DNA of 32,000 nucleotides from an uncultured Nitrospinota bacterium (lineage in GTDB: Bacteria > Nitrospinota > Nitrospinia > Nitrospinales > JAJDAT01), in the NCBI GenBank assembly GCA_964570665.1, contig CAZMZH010000016.1, positions 9,642-41,641 of the forward strand, given 5' to 3'. Made by a program: the position numbers and the translations under genes. The notes under the pieces are model-generated. The model did not search any database. It was not told where the DNA came from and saw nothing but the letters and a program-made list of their open reading frames with translations. Below are positions 28,520 through 32,000 of the stretch, in pieces (position 1 is the stretch's first letter; the number at the start of each line of letters is the position of its first letter).

Positions 28520-29278
28520 GTGGCACAGATAATGCTTTATGTAATTCGTGTACGAGGGCAGTTAATCCTCCTAATCTCCAAAAGCAAACGAATATTCATA
28601 ATCTATTCCTCCATAGGTTGTGAATATTCAAGTAGCAAAGGATATAAAACTGTGAGCGCTAATAGTTTATTTCTAACTTTTGATTCCAGCTTTTTTGTCT
28701 GGATAAACACCCACCTCCAGTACGCATGGTTACATGTTCTTATGGGTTTCATTACTAATAAACACAACTTTGTCTTCCCACTTTTTTTAATAGGGTTTTT
28801 ACTTATTTGGAACCAAAAATTTTCCGGGGCGTTATTTATTCTGACAGTGTTAATTATCATTGGTTGTAACGACGCGATTACCCATCATTTATTGAAGCCC
28901 TACTTTGGTCGAATTCGACCTTGTCATAATTTTCAAGACCTAATCGTCATTACCAATTGCACCAATAATTTTTCTTTTCCTTCAAATCACGCCAGTAATT
29001 GTTTTACCTTCGCAACTTTGGTTGGCCTTAACTTTCCAAAAGCTAGATTGTTCGTTTTTTTAGTAGCGGCTTTAGTTGGGTTTTCCAGAATTTATTTAGG
29101 AGTTCATTACCCCTTGGATGTTTTTGGAGGCGTTGTAGTAGGAGTTTTGATGGGAACCTTAGGGTATCACATTCAAAAAAGCCTGCTTTTATATTTCCAA
29201 ACAAAAAATATTAAAGTGACTCATCAATTTCCTTTCATAAAAAATTCCATAAATGAAATCTCAAGTCCAACCCGATAA
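28520..29278 (+). CDS. PAP2-family membrane phosphatase (true start probably downstream of 28520)
   Basis: KPYFGRIRPC..., FPSNHASNCF, FSRIYLGVHYPLDVFGG. Confidence 0.8.
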   Translation: MAQIMLYVIRVRGQLILLISKSKRIFIIYSSIGCEYSSSKGYKTVSANSLFLTFDSSFFVWINTHLQYAWLHVLMGFITNKHNFVFPLFLIGFLLIWNQKFSGALFILTVLIIIGCNDAITHHLLKPYFGRIRPCHNFQDLIVITNCTNNFSFPSNHASNCFTFATLVGLNFPKARLFVFLVAALVGFSRIYLGVHYPLDVFGGVVVGVLMGTLGYHIQKSLLLYFQTKNIKVTHQFPFIKNSINEISSPTR

Positions 29279-31232
29279 AAAATTTTCTCTTCCCGTGAAA
29301 TCCAACTCACTATTAAACGTATTAATGCCCAATCGCTTTATCCGCTTAATTTTTTTTCTTTGTCTTTTTGAAAATTTTATCACTCGATTGGTCTTAGTCG
29401 TGTATGACTTTGACGCACTCAACAACTCAATAGTAGATCCGATAAAAATTCTTCTAGTAGGACTTTATTCTGATGCCCTCTATTTTGGTTATTTTTTAAT
29501 TCCTATAATTTTATATTTTATAATACTGCCTAAATCTTTAATCAAATCTGCCGCAAATAAAATATTCCTGCACTTTATAGCAATTGCGATCATCGTATTA
29601 TTCGCATTTCAGGGGCACTGCGAATGGTTTTTCTGGCAAGAGTTTCATAGTCGTTTTAATTTTATAGCCGTGGATTATCTGGTTTATACTCAAGAGGTTC
29701 TTGGAAACATCAATGAGTCTTATCCCATGCATTGGGTTTATATCTCTGTTTTTGCAAGCGCCGCTCTGGTTTATCTTCTTACAAAAAACTTAATCGTTTC
29801 CTCCATAGACCAGTTAACGGAAAAATCATTTACTAGCCGGATAATCAAAGGGTTCACTTTGCTGATGATTCCGATATTTATTTTTCTTATTTTGGGAGAA
29901 TTAAACGCAAAAACTTCGGATAATAAAATTGTAGATCAACTATCCAAAAACGGATTGTATGAAGGGTTTTCGGCATTCTGGAAGAATGAACTAGATTATT
30001 ACGATTTTTATAAAACCTTAGACGACAAAACACTTTTAGCTAAAATGATCCCAGAACTTAAAAGTGCGAATAGTCGAGTTTATCCAGATATTCCCGAAAA
30101 ACCGTTTAGACAAATATCAAATACAGGTCCCAATAGAAACCACAACGTCATTTTTGTCGTCGTGGAAAGTTTAAGCGCTTCTTTTCTTACGGCTTATGGA
30201 AACAAAAGGAATATAACGCCTTATCTCGATAAATTAATAGAAAAGTCATTATCATTTTCTCAATTATACGCGACAGGACTTCGAACCGTCAGGGGTCTTG
30301 AGGCGTTAACTTTATCTCTCCCGCCAACACCGGGTTATTCTATTGTCAAACGTCCGCATAATGAGAATTTATTCTCGGTAGGAAAAGTATTTCAATCAAA
30401 AGGCTATGAAACCAAGTTTATTTATGGCGGTTTCGGATATTTCGACAACATGAATTATTTTTTTAAAAACAACGGTTTCAATGTCATTGATCGAACGGAT
30501 TTCGAATCGGATGAAATTACATTTTCGAATATTTGGGGCGTTGCAGACGAAAACCTCTTTGATAAAACTTTAAAAGAAGCGGATAAATCATTTGCCAATA
30601 ACCAACCGTTTTTCAATTTTGTGCTGACTACATCGAACCATCGTCCCTACTCGTACCCTGAAAACCGGATCGACATTCCTTCCAAAACGGGAAGAGAGGG
30701 CGCGATAAAGTATACGGATTATGCTATTGGAACGTTTATAGAAAAAGCCCGACAACACGACTGGTTCAACAATACTCTATTCGTGATTATGGCGGATCAT
30801 TGCGCTGGAGGAAGAGGGAAAACTGAAATCCCAATCGAAAACTATCATATCCCTATGCTAATTTACGCGCCAAAAATATTAAAACCGCAAACCATAGATA
30901 CGTTAGCCAGTCAAATTGATATCTCTCCAACTATTTTTGGACTATTAAATTTTTCATACCCCAGTAAATTCTTTGGAAAAGATATCCTAAAATTAAAACC
31001 AGGCGAGGAAAGATTGCTCTTAGGAACCTACCAAAACTTAGGGTTCTTTAGAAATAAAACATTAGTAACTCTTTCTCCTAAGAAAAAAATAGAGTTTCAT
31101 GAAATCAATATTTCTGACAATAAAACAACTTCATCGTCGCCAAACAACATTAGATTAAACGAAGCCATTGGATACTATCAGTTAGCAAGTTATCTGCTTA
31201 AACATGATATGTATCGATGGGATCATTTTTAA
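29253..31232 (+). CDS. LTA synthase family / alkaline-phosphatase superfamily sulfatase-like membrane enzyme
   Basis: NHNVIFVVVESLSASFLTAYG, YATGLRTVRGLEAL, FVLTTSNHRPYSYP, VIMADHCAGGRGKTEIPIENYHIPMLIYAPK. Confidence 0.85.
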   Translation: MKSQVQPDKKFSLPVKSNSLLNVLMPNRFIRLIFFLCLFENFITRLVLVVYDFDALNNSIVDPIKILLVGLYSDALYFGYFLIPIILYFIILPKSLIKSAANKIFLHFIAIAIIVLFAFQGHCEWFFWQEFHSRFNFIAVDYLVYTQEVLGNINESYPMHWVYISVFASAALVYLLTKNLIVSSIDQLTEKSFTSRIIKGFTLLMIPIFIFLILGELNAKTSDNKIVDQLSKNGLYEGFSAFWKNELDYYDFYKTLDDKTLLAKMIPELKSANSRVYPDIPEKPFRQISNTGPNRNHNVIFVVVESLSASFLTAYGNKRNITPYLDKLIEKSLSFSQLYATGLRTVRGLEALTLSLPPTPGYSIVKRPHNENLFSVGKVFQSKGYETKFIYGGFGYFDNMNYFFKNNGFNVIDRTDFESDEITFSNIWGVADENLFDKTLKEADKSFANNQPFFNFVLTTSNHRPYSYPENRIDIPSKTGREGAIKYTDYAIGTFIEKARQHDWFNNTLFVIMADHCAGGRGKTEIPIENYHIPMLIYAPKILKPQTIDTLASQIDISPTIFGLLNFSYPSKFFGKDILKLKPGEERLLLGTYQNLGFFRNKTLVTLSPKKKIEFHEINISDNKTTSSSPNNIRLNEAIGYYQLASYLLKHDMYRWDHF

Positions 31233-31250
31233 AAGAAATTGTAAATATCA

Positions 31251-32000
31251 GTGAACAAAGAAAATATAAAAAAACTGCTAAGAAAACGAATTTGCATCAT
31301 TCATAACCCAACGGCAGGTGGAAGCAATAAACTTTATGGCGCATGTCTAGAAAAATTAAAAGAATTTAAAATCCAATTCGAAGTTTTAAAAACAACCGCT
31401 CCCGGTCACGCTAAAATACTCGCCAAAGAAGCGGAACAAGATCCTTCCTTTGAAGCGATTATCATTGCCGGAGGAGATGGCTCCATAAACGAAGCGGCAA
31501 ACGGTATTTTAGCAACGACTAAGCCATTTGGAATAATACCAATCGGGACTGCCAACGTTTTAGCGCACGAAATTGGTCTGAAGCTTAACTCCACAAGCAT
31601 TGCTAACGCGATTGCTTTTGGAGAAGCTAAACCCATATATTTGGGAAATCTGAATGGGAATGTTTTTTTATTAATGGCAAGCGTTGGTTTTGATTCCAGA
31701 GTAGTCGCTCAGGTTTCCACTAAACTTAAAAAAATTGTAGGAAAAGGAGCCTATTTAATTTCTGCAGTGAAAGTACTTTTACAGTACTCATCTCCAAAAC
31801 TCATCATTTCAACCAAAGAAAAAAGGTATAAAGGAAATTGGGTAATTATTTCTAAAAGTTCTTGTTATGGAGGAAAATTTCGTTTAGCTCCCGAAGCTGA
31901 CTTAAAACGTCCTGATTTTATCGTCACAGTTTTTAAAGGAGAAAAAAGAAAACATATTTTCTTAAATATTTGTAGCATTATTTTGGGCCAGGTCAAAAGA
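31251..32000 (+). CDS. Diacylglycerol/lipid kinase family protein (YegS/DgkB-like), runs off window end
   Basis: GTG start; VNKENIKKLLRKRICIIHNPTAGGSNKLYGA...IIIAGGDGSINEAANG...IGTANVLAHEI. Open to base 32000; not in the supplied ORF track. Confidence 0.85.
   Translation, partial: MNKENIKKLLRKRICIIHNPTAGGSNKLYGACLEKLKEFKIQFEVLKTTAPGHAKILAKEAEQDPSFEAIIIAGGDGSINEAANGILATTKPFGIIPIGTANVLAHEIGLKLNSTSIANAIAFGEAKPIYLGNLNGNVFLLMASVGFDSRVVAQVSTKLKKIVGKGAYLISAVKVLLQYSSPKLIISTKEKRYKGNWVIISKSSCYGGKFRLAPEADLKRPDFIVTVFKGEKRKHIFLNICSIILGQVKR

Overview
The window looks like a Nitrospina-like (Nitrospinota) Gram-negative chromosome; this assignment is inferred from gene content only. Four blocks stand out. 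(1) At 1-4.2 kb (minus) there is a translationally coupled bacterial proteasome operon: ARC/Mpa ATPase, Dop-like enzyme, an unlisted 56-aa Pup-like/UBact modifier ending in Gly-Glu (940-1110), PrcB, and the start of PrcA. (2) At 9.0-21.5 kb there is a metal-related accessory block: a CusA/CzcA-type RND efflux system with a two-component system, and a separate MerR-controlled operon. That operon encodes a DUF169-like protein, a SAM methyltransferase, a divergent HgcA-like corrinoid membrane protein (motif NVWCAAAEG), a 62-aa Cys-containing protein and a double TRASH/YHS-like Cys-rich protein. The block is bounded by a 5' tRNA-Thr(CGT) half and a decayed candidate 3' half, suggesting an old island. 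(3) At 21.8-28.2 kb there are a DUF2231-like membrane protein, a LuxR-type regulator, an outer-membrane protein, a small PstS-like protein, a hybrid-like signalling set and a sigma-54 activator. (4) At 28.5-32 kb there is a PAP2 / LTA-synthase-like / diacylglycerol-kinase-like lipid cluster. The best candidate for an undescribed system is the MerR/HgcA-like operon at 18.05-21.36 kb. All family assignments were made by eye from protein motifs; no database search was run.
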